Shown: piece by piece, positions 38,555 to 51,610 of the stretch
Layout of the letters: each line of letters opens with the position of its first letter
Numbering within the stretch: the stretch's first letter is position 1
Source: Octopus sinensis
Taxonomy: Eukaryota
NCBI RefSeq assembly: GCF_006345805.1
Contig: NC_043001.1
Location: 32,054,001 to 32,118,000, forward strand
Direction of reading: 5' to 3'
Length of the DNA stretch: 64,000 nt
The notes under the pieces: model-generated
Seen by the model: only the letters and a program-made list of their open reading frames with translations
The model's database searches: none
Told to the model about the DNA's origin: nothing
Position numbers and translations under genes: made by a program

Positions 38555-39810
38555 CCTGGGGTTGGACAAAATAGTGGAAACACCGAACATCATAGCATCA
38601 TAATTTTGAAATATCTATTAAACCGTCAAAAGCTTGTTTATTTTTATGTTTTTTGATTTATTATTAGTGTTGCTTAACATGTTTTGCTAGAATTGATGTT
38701 TCTTTTCAGATAACATCAGAAAAAGGGTAATTAAAATTCATTAAAATGACAGATCTATCGGATTTTCAAAGAAGTCAAATTGTTAGTGCTCATATGGCTG
38801 GCGCTAGCGTAACGAAAACGGTCGAAATGTTTGGTGTATCAAGAAGTGCTGTCTCGAAAGTAATGACAGCCTTTGAGAAAAAGAGAAAAACCTCGTCGAA
38901 ATAAAACTCCGGAAGAAAACCAAAACATTCAGATAGGGGCCGTCGGACTCCTACGCGAATTGTTAGAAAGTATCATAAAAGTACAGCTTCCAAAATTACT
39001 GCAAAGCCTAATGAACACCTCGAGAACCCAGTTTCAACAAAAACTGTTCGCTGGGAGCTGCACAAAGCCGGATTTCACGTGGGAGTTGCAAGCAGAAAAC
39101 CACTACTTTCAAAAACAATCGTTGCAAAGCGTTTAGGGTAGAGTAAAAAACCTACAGAATTGGTCCCTAGAGCAGTGGAAGAATGTTATTTTGTCGAACG
39201 AGTCATCCTTTACCTTATTTCCGAACACCCGACCACCGGCCGAGTGTACGTGTGGAGATAGCCAAAAGAAGATTTGACCCAGACTGTCTTCTTCCAACTG
39301 TTAAACATGGAGGAGAACCTGTGATAATATTGGGGAGGCAGGGTGCTGTATCATGGAAATCCGCCGGCCCTACGGTTTCCCTTCATGGCAGAATTAATAG
39401 TCAAGAATATTTAAGCATTTTATCTGATCAAATTCGTCCTATGCTTGCGGAAATGTTCCCGAAAGGAAACACAGTCTTTCAGGATGATAATGAACCAATT
39501 CACACAGATAAAGTTGTTACTGAATGGCACGAGGAACATTCTAGTGAAGCTGAACATCTTATCTACCCACCACAGTCCCGAGATCCCAATATTATCGAAA
39601 ATTTATAATGCATTTTAGAAAAATAAGTAAGGAGTCGATATCCTCGGCTATCATCACTACATCAACTGGAGACTATTTTAGCTGAAGAATGGACAAAATT
39701 CCTTTGGAAACAATTCAAACATTGTACGAGTCCATACCTCGTAGAATTCAAACTACCCCATATTAAAATAAATTTGTTTGAAATTTTAAGGTGTGTCCAT
39801 TATTTTGTGC
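38555..39810 (+). mobile_element. Tc1 transposon, decayed, DD36E spacing; right TIR truncated
   Basis: Left end ggggttggacaaaatagtggaaacacc; right end ggtgtgtccattattttgtgc; transposase from ATG 38746: MTDLSDFQRSQIV, SGRKPK, LSNES, TVKHGG, FQDDNEPIH, PPQSRDPNIIENL. Confidence 0.93.
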
Positions 39811-39812
39811 TG

Positions 39813-39890
<78 letters not shown>

Positions 39891-39929
39891 TATATATATA
39901 TATATGCGTGTGTGTGTGTGTATGCATAT

Positions 39930-40435
<506 letters not shown>

Positions 40436-41401
40436 ATATATTATATATATATATGTACGCATAAGTTATGAAAAACTATGGCAACTGAAGCACAAAGATG
40501 TAAAACGCGGCCCCCAGCCCTAGTAAAATCAAGGTGCTTCAGGACACCATCTGCCTTTTGCTCCTGATATTTCATATTTATGTTTCGAATTGCTCCTCAA
40601 TATCATGAAACGAATGGGATGCCTGTCACATCCAAAGCGTAGCATGCTGTAACTGTACATTATCGTAATATTTTTTCTTGCTCTTTCATTTCTGATTCTA
40701 TCTACTCCTCGGCCAGGAAACTGTTCTTTGCCTCTTTCGTCAGGCAGTCTAGTATATCCATCAGTTCCTGAACTGAAATCTTAGCAATTGCAATTCAAGA
40801 ATATTTCGAAATAGAATGTTGGCGGAATTTTCCTCATCAGTGTTTCTTGCTTTTGGCTGCGTTCGACTTCCTTTCATTTTGCCGGCTGTTCCCGATAATT
40901 CAGCACAGTTTCTCAGCTTCCACCTTATTTCCATCGTCGACTTACCGCTTTCGGTGGGCTTTGATCAAATATGTTGTGATGGGGAGTAAAAGTAGTGCTT
41001 GTTTTGTAACGCAACGATTTTGACTGTGGCACTGAGGTTATGGTACTTTCTTCAGCTTTGGCTATCTTCGTAAATGGCATTAGTGTTGCTCTAGAAACAT
41101 CATCTAGGGCCCATTGTTGTTGCTGCTAATGCTGTTGTTCGAGGCGACTTTTACCCCTCTATCTCTCTTATTTCCACGTGTAGCAGCTTGGCTTTCAAAC
41201 CCTGAAATAATACCTAAGTGCTTTTGTTCTCAGCTCTCCGTAACGGGCACAACTCTGGAATAATCTTGTCTTCTTCAGGGTCATGGGACACTCTCGCTCC
41301 ACCATCATCTGTACTGTACATTCAAGATAATGAAGAGTCAAAGGCTAAACTCTGTAACTATGTCCCTAGTCATAACTCATAATTTTACTTCACATATCTA
41401 T

Positions 41402-41478
<77 letters not shown>

Positions 41479-41479
<1 letters not shown>

Positions 41480-42438
41480 CGGGGCGAACCTGGACGTCGA
41501 CGAGGAGTACCTGACCCGCCTGTTCAGGACGACTTTCGGGCCAGGGCCCATGGACAACTTCCAGAGATCCCTGGCCTGGCAGTGCTACCGAGAAGCGCTA
41601 CCCGTTCGGGATAAGCTCTACAGACACGGCTCGAGAAACACGGGGCCGACCTGCCCGAGATGCGGTCAGAGCGACGAAACCGTTCTGCACGCACTCGTGC
41701 AGTGTCCAACAATTTCCGACCTGTGGGCTTTGTCGAACAACTGCTGTCACGTGTGGGACGAGTCGGTTTATCAGCTGAGTCTATCGTCAATATTGTCACG
41801 CCTCCCTCCTTCAAACGGAAGGAAGAGCTATTTTCATCATCCTTGTGGCTATGGCGAAAGAATGTATCTGGTGGACGCGTCTGAAAGGATTGGAGACCAA
41901 CACTTTCCTCTCTGGTCAATCTCTCATCAACTTCTTCAAGTACCACTTGAAAAGGAAAGTGAGAGTAGAAGAGGCAAGTTTTGTCTAGCGAATGTTTTAA
42001 AAAAAGATGGGTGAATGTAGCAAGAATGGCACGTATGAATGACGAAGCCACCTTGAGCATGATCCTATGAACCCGAGAAATCGAAAACAGAGAGTTGCTT
42101 ATTTGCAAAAAAAAAAAAAAGAAATATAACATGTGACTCCATTGACCGAGGTTACCGTGGTCTTTTCCGTAGGCTTTTCTTTCCACGGGTAAACCTCACC
42201 TGTCCTCCCCTTTACACTTCATATTGACATTTCTGTGATAACGATCCCTATTGATCATTTTTTTTTCCTCTCCCCCTTTCTTTTTAACCCCCCTTTTTTT
42301 GTCCTCTTTCTCTCCTTTTACGATCCCTTTTGATCGAAACTCCCCTTCCTTTTTTTTTTTTTTTAACCTTCAAAAGAAAAGCTCTACCTTGTAATTTGTT
42401 GTATCTGTGTGCAGCCCTGTGTGGCTAATAAAGAAACA

Positions 42439-42440
<2 letters not shown>
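41479..42440 (+). mobile_element. Tx1/L1-type LINE 3' end with 3' UTR, inside (TATC)n
   Basis: MDNFQRSLAWQCYREALPVRDKLYRHG..TCPRCGQSDETVLHALVQC; stop at ~42070; T/C-rich UTR; aataaagaaaca then (tcta)n. Confidence 0.92.
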
Positions 42441-42483
<43 letters not shown>

Positions 42484-42486
42484 CTC

Positions 42487-42541
<55 letters not shown>

Positions 42542-42550
42542 CTTTATCTG

Positions 42551-42605
<55 letters not shown>

Positions 42606-42614
42606 CTTTATCTG

Positions 42615-42659
<45 letters not shown>

Positions 42660-42714
42660 TTATCTATATATCTATTTATCTATCTATCTATTTATCTATC
42701 TATCTATCTGTCTA

Positions 42715-42773
<59 letters not shown>

Positions 42774-42806
42774 CTCCATCTATCTATCTATCTATCTATC
42801 TATCTA

Positions 42807-42840
<34 letters not shown>
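42438..42840. repeat. (TATC)n microsatellite, ~400 bp
   Basis: Direct inspection. Confidence 0.98.
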
Positions 42841-42841
<1 letters not shown>

Positions 42842-43439
42842 CATATATACAGAAAGGGGGAAGTAAGTAAGAGAGAGAGGGAGAGAGGGAGAGGGAAAGA
42901 TAAACAGACAGAAATAGATACGCCAGTCTCGAGGCAGGTATCTGGAGCACTAGTTTCACCTGCTTTCTCGCCTTATTTTAGCATCGACTTCCAAGCATAC
43001 ATCTCCTTTTGACCATCGTTGATTTGTGAAACCAGAATTTGTGTCACGCAAAATTCCGGTTTTTTTTTCTGTCTTTTTCTTTTGGGGCATATAGAAAGAC
43101 CCTCCGTCTGCTTTCTTTTTAAAATTAAAAAGTATGTTACTTTCCTGTCGTCGAAGAAATATCTCGGAGTAGGAAGAACGATATCTGTAATATAACTCTC
43201 GTTTGTTTTTTTAATCTTTCTCAAAAGCTGACTCAAGTCTAGTGTTTCTCTTGGTACGCAGGACTGTTGTCATTGTTGTAAGAATCTGTGCTTTCTTCAC
43301 TTTTCTTTTTTAATGTGCGATTGACTATATTCACAAAAATATCGCGTGTTCAGTTGTCATTTTTAAAAATCGTTCTATACTTTTGAAAATGTTTTCAAAC
43401 TCTTTGCTAGGCCTTCGTTGCTGCTAAGTTTATAGCTGG

Positions 43440-43858
43440 CAAGGCGGCGATCTGGCAGATTCGTTGGCACGCCGGGCGAAATGTTTAGCGGTATTTCGTC
43501 TGCCGCTACGTTCCGAGTTCAAATTCCGCCGAGGTCGACCTTGCCTCTCATCCTTTCGGGGTCGATAAATTAAGTATCAGTTACGCACTGGGGTCGATGT
43601 AATCGACTTAATCCGTTTGTCTGTCCTTGTTTGTCCTCTCTGTGTTTAGCCCCTTGTGGGTAGTAAAGAATAGGTATTTCGTTTGCCGCTACGTTCTGAG
43701 TTCAAATTCCGCCGAGGTCGACTTTGCTTTTCATCCTTTCGGGGTCGATTAAATAAGTACCAGTTACGTACTGGGGTCGATATAATCGACTTAATCCGTT
43801 TGTCTGTCCATGTTTGTCCCCTCTATGTTTAGCCCCTTGTGGGTAATAAAGAAATAAA
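43440..43858 (+). mobile_element. SINE family B dimer
   Basis: Head plus two ~184-bp units. Confidence 0.92.
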
Positions 43859-44129
43859 TTTGTAGCTGGCACTATTTTCTTTTCGCTCAGACGTTGGCCG
43901 ATCTGAACCACAGGCAAAGAATATATTAAGTATCTAAGACAATCCTTATTTTTTCATACAAGAAAAATGCGATGAACCACCTAAATAGCTTAGATGGCAA
44001 CTTACACAAAACCCTTTGTTTTTTTTCATTAAAATTGTGAAATACAACACACATCTTCTTTAAGAAGTCTTTTACAGTTATTCCTTCATCGCGAACAACA
44101 AAGATCAACATCGATAGTAGCAACAACAA

Positions 44130-44272
44130 GGAGAGTAATTTTAATTACAATTACAACAAAATCATTAATAACAATAACAACAACTACAACAATACTAATA
44201 AAACAACTAGTAATAATAATGATGATGATCATGAAGATAATAATAATAGTGACGATGAAGATAATAATGACA

Positions 44273-44333
<61 letters not shown>

Positions 44334-44347
44334 TGATGATGATGATG

Positions 44348-44390
<43 letters not shown>

Positions 44391-44404
44391 TAATAATAAT
44401 AATA

Positions 44405-44439
<35 letters not shown>

Positions 44440-44645
44440 TATGATGATGATGATGATGAAGATGATGATGATGATGAAGATGATGAAGATGATGATGATG
44501 ATGATGATGTTAGTGGTGGTGGTAGTGATAGCGATGATGATAATGATACTAGCAGTATTAACAACAATAATAATAATCATAGGAAAAGAAGAAGAAGAAG
44601 AAGAAGAAGAAGAAGAAGAAGAAGAAGAAGAAGAAGAAGAAGCAA
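44130..44645. repeat. Compound (AAT)n/(GAT)n/(GAA)n array
   Basis: Direct inspection. Confidence 0.95.
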
Positions 44646-44901
44646 AAAAGAGGCAAAAAAAACGAAGAAGAAAGAAGAGGAAAAAGAAACCTGTCACAAT
44701 ATCAGATTTATAATAACGCTACTAATGATTGCTGTTAATATATGATAAAGAAAGTCGTTACATAAAACATAACATAACGTTATTGATTATATTCGTATAG
44801 CATCTCTCTATATAATATCAATCTCGCCGCCATAAAAATACCTATTAAGCAATAATACTATGGGTAGTTACCATGTCAAACTAAGTTTCTTTTACATTAT
44901 A

Positions 44902-44954
<53 letters not shown>

Positions 44955-45073
44955 ACAATCAAGGAACGGCCATAATAGGCCATTCACCCACTAGAAATAA
45001 CAGCCAAAGCTTCAACCGCAAATAAAAATTAATTCCGTAAACCAGGAGAAAATTAAAAAACATTTACCCTGTA

Positions 45074-45179
45074 ATTTCTTATACGATGCACCGTTTCATC
45101 TGCTGTTTAATGGTAAACTAACCTGATTAAATTAAATCAAGCCAATCTTCATAGGCCCTCAGATTCTTCAGTAAGAAAT
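45074..45179 (-). ncRNA. Type I hammerhead ribozyme motif
   Basis: Minus strand: stem I atttctta/taagaaat (8 bp), CTGAAGA, stem II atctg/cagat, GAAA, stem III ACGG-tgca-TCGT, GUA site (45084-45082). Confidence 0.85.
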
Positions 45180-45685
45180 AGCCCAAGTCGGAACAGATAT
45201 TTTCACGAGGCATTTCCGACCCTGCCAAGGTAATATCTGACCTAAAATTTTCAAATCATCGCACTCGCGCCAAATTTATCGGCAGCAAATAAATATAAGC
45301 CGTCGATTCCATTACGGAATTAACCAGAAAATTCATAATTAATCAATATAGGGTGGCAAAAAAATCAATTTTTTCCCACTAGGCCGCTGGTGGCAAAAAA
45401 ATTCTACAAAATTTTTTTGCCACCCTATATTGATTAATTATGAATTTTCTGGTTAATTCCGTAATGGAATCGACGGCTTATATTTATTTGCTGCCGATAA
45501 ATTTGGCGCGAGTGCGATGATTTGAAAATTTTAGGTCAGATATTACCTTGGCAGGGTCGGAAATGCCTCGTGAAAATATCAACCGTGTTTTTCTGTTGTG
45601 ATTTTTTGCTACCCAGGTATCGTTAAATTTTGAATAATCCGTAACAAGATAATTCATTTATCCATTTCAATAAATAAATAAATAT

Positions 45686-45734
<49 letters not shown>

Positions 45735-45853
45735 ACAATCAAGGAACGGCCATAATAGGCCATTCACCCACTAGAAATAACAGCCAAAGCTTCAACCGCA
45801 AATAAAAATTAATTCCGTAAACCAGGAGAAAATTAAAAAACATTTACCCTGTA

Positions 45854-45960
45854 ATTTCTTATACGATGCACCGTTTCATCTGCTGTTTAATGGTAAACTA
45901 ACCTGATTAAATTAAATCAAGCCAATCTTCCATAGGCCCTCAGATTCTTCAGTAAGAAAT
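45854..45960 (-). ncRNA. Type I hammerhead ribozyme motif, second tandem copy
   Basis: Same as 45074-45179 except a 1-nt insertion in loop II. Confidence 0.8.
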
Positions 45961-46458
45961 AGCCCAAGTCGGAACAGATATTTTCACGAGGCATTTCCGA
46001 CCCTGCCAAGGTAATATCTGACCTAAAATTTTCAAATCATCGCACTCGCGCCAAATTTATCGGCAGCAAATAAATATAAGCCGTCGATTCCATTACGGAA
46101 TTAACCAGAAAATTCATAATTAATCAATATAGGGTGGCAAAAAAATCAATTTTTTCCCACTAGGCCGCTGGTGGCAAAAAAATTCTACAAAATTTTTTTG
46201 CCACCCTATATTGATTAATTATGAATTTTCTGGTTAATTCCGTAATGGAATCGACGGCTTATATTTATTTGCTGCCGATAATTTGGCGCGAGTGCGATGA
46301 TTTGAAAATTTTAGGTCAGATATTACCTTGGCAGGGTCGGAAATGCCTCGTGAAAATATCAACCGTGTTTTTCTGTTGTGATTTTTTGCTACCCAGGTAT
46401 CGGTTAAATTTTGAATAATCCGTAACAAGATAATTCATTTATCCATTTCAATAAATAA

Positions 46459-46500
<42 letters not shown>

Positions 46501-47054
46501 CTGTTACTATAACAGTAACATAGTAGTAATACTTTGTTAGAGAAACATTAAAATTCAGCTTCAGACTCTCATGCATAGTCATACCATATTATAATTGTTT
46601 TTAATTTTGGGATAAAACCAGCAGTTTTTGAAGTGGGGGTGGTTTAGTCGATTACATTGACACCAGTAATTTTGTGGTATTTTATTTCATTTTATCGTCT
46701 AATAAAGGATGATAGATCAAGTTGGTTACGGTGGGATTTGAACTCAGAATGTAAAGGGCGGGAAGAAATGCTTGGCGCTCTAACGGTTCTGCCAGCTCGC
46801 TGCCTTATACACTATAATGCAGTGCCATTATATCAATGTAACCAGTTTTCATCGAAGCACAAAATATCCTAAATCAATGGCTTTAATTATGTGCAAAGTA
46901 GGACCGATCGCGGTCTAATATAATGATCATGTAAACAGCAACTTCCTCCTCCTCGTTCTCTTTCTCCTCTTTCCCTTCCTCGTCATTATCATTATCATCA
47001 ACAACAGCAGCAACAACAATAACAATGATAACAATAATAATTTCTGATTAGAAA

Positions 47055-47560
47055 GCTGCGAGCTGGCAGAAACGTTAGCACGCCGGGCGAAATGCGTAGC
47101 CGTATTTCGTCTGCCGTTACGTTCTGAGTTCAAATTCCGCCGAGGTTGACTTTGCCTTTCATCCTTTCGAGGTCGATACATTAAGTACCAGTTACGCACT
47201 GGGGTCAATGTAATCGACTTAATCCGTTTGTCTGTCCTTGTTTGTTCTCTCTGTGTTTAGCCCCTTGTGGGTAGTAAAGAAATATGTATTTCGTCTGTCT
47301 TTACGTTCTGAGTTCAAATCCCGCCGAGGTCGACTTGCCTTTCATTCTTTCGAGGTCGATAAATTAAGAACCAGTTACGTACAGGAGTAGATGTAATCGA
47401 CTTAATCCGTTTGTCTGTCCTTGTTTGTCCCCTCTATGTTTGGCCCCTTGTGTGCAATAAAGAAATAAGAAACGTTAGCAGTTGCGTACTGGGGTCGATG
47501 AAATCGACTTCCCCCTCCTCCCCACAAATTTCAGGCTTTGTGCCTAGAGTAGGAAAATAA
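47055..47560 (+). mobile_element. SINE family B dimer plus a short-tail fragment
   Basis: gcgagctggcagaaacgttagcacgccggg head, two units, then gtactggggtcgatgaaatcgac...tgtgcctagagtagg. Confidence 0.9.
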
Positions 47561-48222
47561 TTTCTGATTAGATAAATTTTGGGACAAAGCATCAATACCG
47601 AAAGGAGAGTTTAGCTGATACCAAAGGGTCCCAGTACTTAACTGGTACTTCATTTTATCGAGTACCAAGTCAAGTCCTGGGCTCAAGAACCATTGAACTT
47701 AAGCATACAAATACTACTACTAGATAGCATATATAAGCTTGGTATCATTCTCCATAACAAATATAACAATAGTATATTCAATATGATAGTAGCAATACCA
47801 CTCACTACAGATCAAGCGTGCGTTGATGTGCTGAATTTCATTGACAAAAAATTTTAATATGTTGAAAATTGTTTGCCTGTCTTACTTACGGTAAGAAAAA
47901 TTTTCTCTTAGCTGTGGAAAGCAAAGAAAAACCTAACGCAGTCATTAGCGACACACAAAGTATAAGATATAATTTCAATTAGATAAAAATCAATAAAACG
48001 TCTTTAATACTTATGCTTAAGGTTATAACTAATCTTTGTTCTCGGGAGCAGTCGTAGTAACAGACACACTTCGGTCTTATTGGATCTTCTCAGCAAAATG
48101 TAGACAGCATAAAACCACTTGGTCAGCAAATATATGTATGTAAATATATATATATATATATATATAATATATATATATATATATTATATATATATATATA
48201 TTATATATATATATATACATAC

Positions 48223-48278
<56 letters not shown>

Positions 48279-48314
48279 ATATTATATATATATTATATAT
48301 ATATATATATATAT

Positions 48315-48539
48315 ATCTTTTATCCCTTACTTGTTTCAATCATTAGATGCGGCCAAGCTGGGGCACTACATCGAAGAAATTTTAGTCGAATGAATCAACA
48401 ACAGCCGTCCTTTTTAAAGCCTGCAACTAGTTTTATCGATCTCTTTTGGCTGAAGCCCTAAGTTGTCAAGCGGTGCTGCGGGACAAACACAGACACAGAC
48501 ACACACATACGCGCGCACACACACACACGCATAATATAC

Positions 48540-48590
<51 letters not shown>

Positions 48591-48958
48591 ATATATATAT
48601 AACTTAGATATGTTTCGACCAAAGATTGGTCCAGGCCATGTCTAACTTAATAGCATAATAGGATTATCAAAATCCTTTTTTAAGTCAAGTTTTGTTTATG
48701 GTCCATTCAAGTAGTGAGTTCTTGTTGAGTGAGTTGTATCCAGGTATAAGTGGTTTATCTAGTATTCCTTGTAGAAATCTGCCCAGAATATACTACAGTT
48801 ATTTTCAGTTTCCGTCTACTAAATCCACTCACAGGATTTTGGTCGGCTCGAAGATATAGTAGAAGACATTTGCCCGAAGTACTACGCAGTTGGACTGAAT
48901 CCGGAACCGTGTGTTTGTGAAGCAAGCTTTTTACCACACAGTCACTTATGCGCCTATA
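48315..48958 (-). mobile_element. SINE family A with a ~190-bp unrelated insert (about 48600-48790) at its internal microsatellite
   Basis: A halves at about 48315-48530 and 48790-48958. Confidence 0.75.
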
Positions 48959-49403
48959 TATACGTATATATTTTACATGCAAAAATGATTATAATGATGT
49001 GCATGAGACGAGCTGAACAGCTAAGAAATTTAATTAAATTATTAAACTAAAAGAGAACATTATAGCAGTTAAGAGTTGCATCTTTTATTGCAATTGGGAT
49101 TCACGCAAATGTAGTTCTTCATATCCATATCTGTATAGACATTGATAAATTACAATTAAAGTAAGACATAAATACGCCCAATAAAATACCGATGCAGGCA
49201 TTAGGGAACAATATTAGAGCACTCTTTGACAACATTTGCAAACCCTAAGCATTTTTGTCGAACCTATAGTTATACGAAACTTGTTAAAATTATGATGACG
49301 AAGTCGATGATACTCCCCTTCCTCCTCCTCTTCCTCCTCCTCCTCCTACTACTACTACTAACTACTACTACTACTACTGCTACTGCTGCTGCTGCTGCTG
49401 CTG

Positions 49404-49578
49404 CACGAACGGTCTTCGTCCCAGAGCTCGCAAGATTGGAGAAGTCCGAAACGTGGTCCTTTGCTATTCATAAGACCCGCAGAAGAGAAAGCAGGTCAAC
49501 CCCCTGACACCTAGAGCATCGACGGATGGATGAATGCGCAGCACATCCAAGCTCAGCGGTTGCGTAGGAAGTCGGGGA
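49404..49578 (+). mobile_element. Possible RTE-type LINE C-terminal fragment within a (CTG)n repeat
   Basis: GC-rich insert flanked by gctgctgct; LARLE...RPAEEKAGQPP..IDGW resembles RTE C-termini. Confidence 0.4.
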
Positions 49579-49852
49579 AGCTGCTGCTGCTACTCATGAT
49601 GATGATGATGATAACAATAATAAGAATAATCATTTCTACTAAAATCCTTTCAACACAAAGCCTGAAAATTGGTGGGAGGCTATTAGTCGATTACATTGCC
49701 TCTAGTGGGCTTTACTGGTACTTAATTTATCGATCCTGAACGGATGAAAGGCAAAGTCGACCTCGGCGGAATTTAAACTCAGAACGTGAAAACGGACGAA
49801 ATGCCTCGTATCATTTTCTCTGCTGCGGTAATGATTCTGCCAGCTCACCGTC

Positions 49853-49911
<59 letters not shown>

Positions 49912-50362
49912 TTTTATAGCGTGCTTTCACTTCACTACCGAGCGCAACTCTGTGTGCCTTGGGTATGTGCTGTGATTTGTTGTGATGCTCTGATGGTTAT
50001 TGTATGGAAAGTGTTCTGCGTAGGATGTGTGCAGTGCCTAGTAGTGCAATTTTCTGTATGTTATATGTGTTTGTAAGTCCTGGTGTTTTTGTTATGTATT
50101 TGTCTGAATATTTTTTTATCATAGTAGGTGCATTAGGCATGATAAAAAAATATTCAGACAAATACATAACAAAAACACCAGGACTTACAAACACATATAA
50201 CATACAGAAAATTGCACTACTAGGCACTGCACACATCCTACGCAGAACACTTTCCATACAATAACCATCAGAGCGTCACAACAAATCACAGCACATACCC
50301 AAGGCACACAGAGCTCCGCTCGGTAGTGAAGTGAAAGCACGCTATAAAAATAAAACTACTGA
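49912..50362 (+). mobile_element. R4/Dong 3' end with an inverted (fold-back) duplicate
   Basis: Arms 49912-50121 and 50139-50349; same subfamily as 35846-36289; (AAT)n on both sides. Confidence 0.93.
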
Positions 50363-50647
50363 ATAATAATAATAATAATAATAATGATAATAATAATGAT
50401 AATAATAATAATCATAATAATAATAACAATCCTTTCTATTATACGCAAAAGGCCTGAAATTTGGTGGGAAGGGACTAGTTCATTTCATAGACCTGGGTGT
50501 TCACTGGTACTCAATTTATCGACCCCGAAAGGATGAAAGGCAATGGCGACTTCGGTGGAATTTGAACTCAGAAAGTAGCGAAAGTAGCAAAATATCACTA
50601 AGCATTTCGTCCAGCGTGTTAACGATATTCTGCCAGCTCACCACTTA

Positions 50648-50737
<90 letters not shown>

Positions 50738-51239
50738 AATAATAATAATCCAATGCAAGATGTCTTTCAAAAAGCACCCCTATAGGGCACAGCTCACATT
50801 TAAAAGAAAGTATTTTCTGTCTGAGGTCCTTGTTGTAACTTGACCATGGACTAAAGTTTCCGGAACTTTTTTTTACCTACACTGTGTTACGAAGGAATAA
50901 TAATGGTTGCTAATTTAGGCAGAAAGCCATACATTTTGTGGGGGAAAACTTAGTCGATTACATTTACTTCAGCACTTGACTGGAACTTTACTTTATCGAC
51001 TTCCGAAAGGATGAAAGCTAAAGTTGACGCCGTTCTGATTTCTGATATTTTCGAGAAAGACCCGAGACGTTTGTAATAGTGTAATGGAGGAGCACAAAAA
51101 AGCAAAAAAAAAAAAGCAAAGAAGAAACAAAAGGAGCAGGCAAGGTGGGTGGAGTGGCGGATTTTACATCGTATGATAGGGCGAGATCAGCATAACGATA
51201 AACACATTAATAAGTAGATAACAAATAGTAATGACATTA

Positions 51240-51351
51240 ATAATATTAATGATGATGATGATGATGATAATAATAATAATAATAATAATAATGAGGAGGA
51301 GGAGGAGGATCAGGATAATGATGACGATGGTGATAATAATAATGATAATAA

Positions 51352-51394
<43 letters not shown>

Positions 51395-51395
51395 A

Positions 51396-51455
<60 letters not shown>

Positions 51456-51478
51456 TAATAATAATGATAATAATAATG

Positions 51479-51522
<44 letters not shown>

Positions 51523-51553
51523 GAGAAGGAGGAGGATAATGATGACGATGTTG

Positions 51554-51602
<49 letters not shown>

Positions 51603-51610
51603 TGATAATG

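Larger units (their letters stand above)
44953..46465. repeat. Two tandem ~780-bp units separated and flanked by (TA)n; each has a perfect or near-perfect 170-bp inverted repeat and a hammerhead
   Basis: Units start at 44953 and 45733; arms 45196-45365 and 45411-45580 in unit 1. Confidence 0.95.

Noticed and set aside
42407-43012. 201-aa ORF resembling a leucine/serine repeat
   Set aside because: (TATC)n translation
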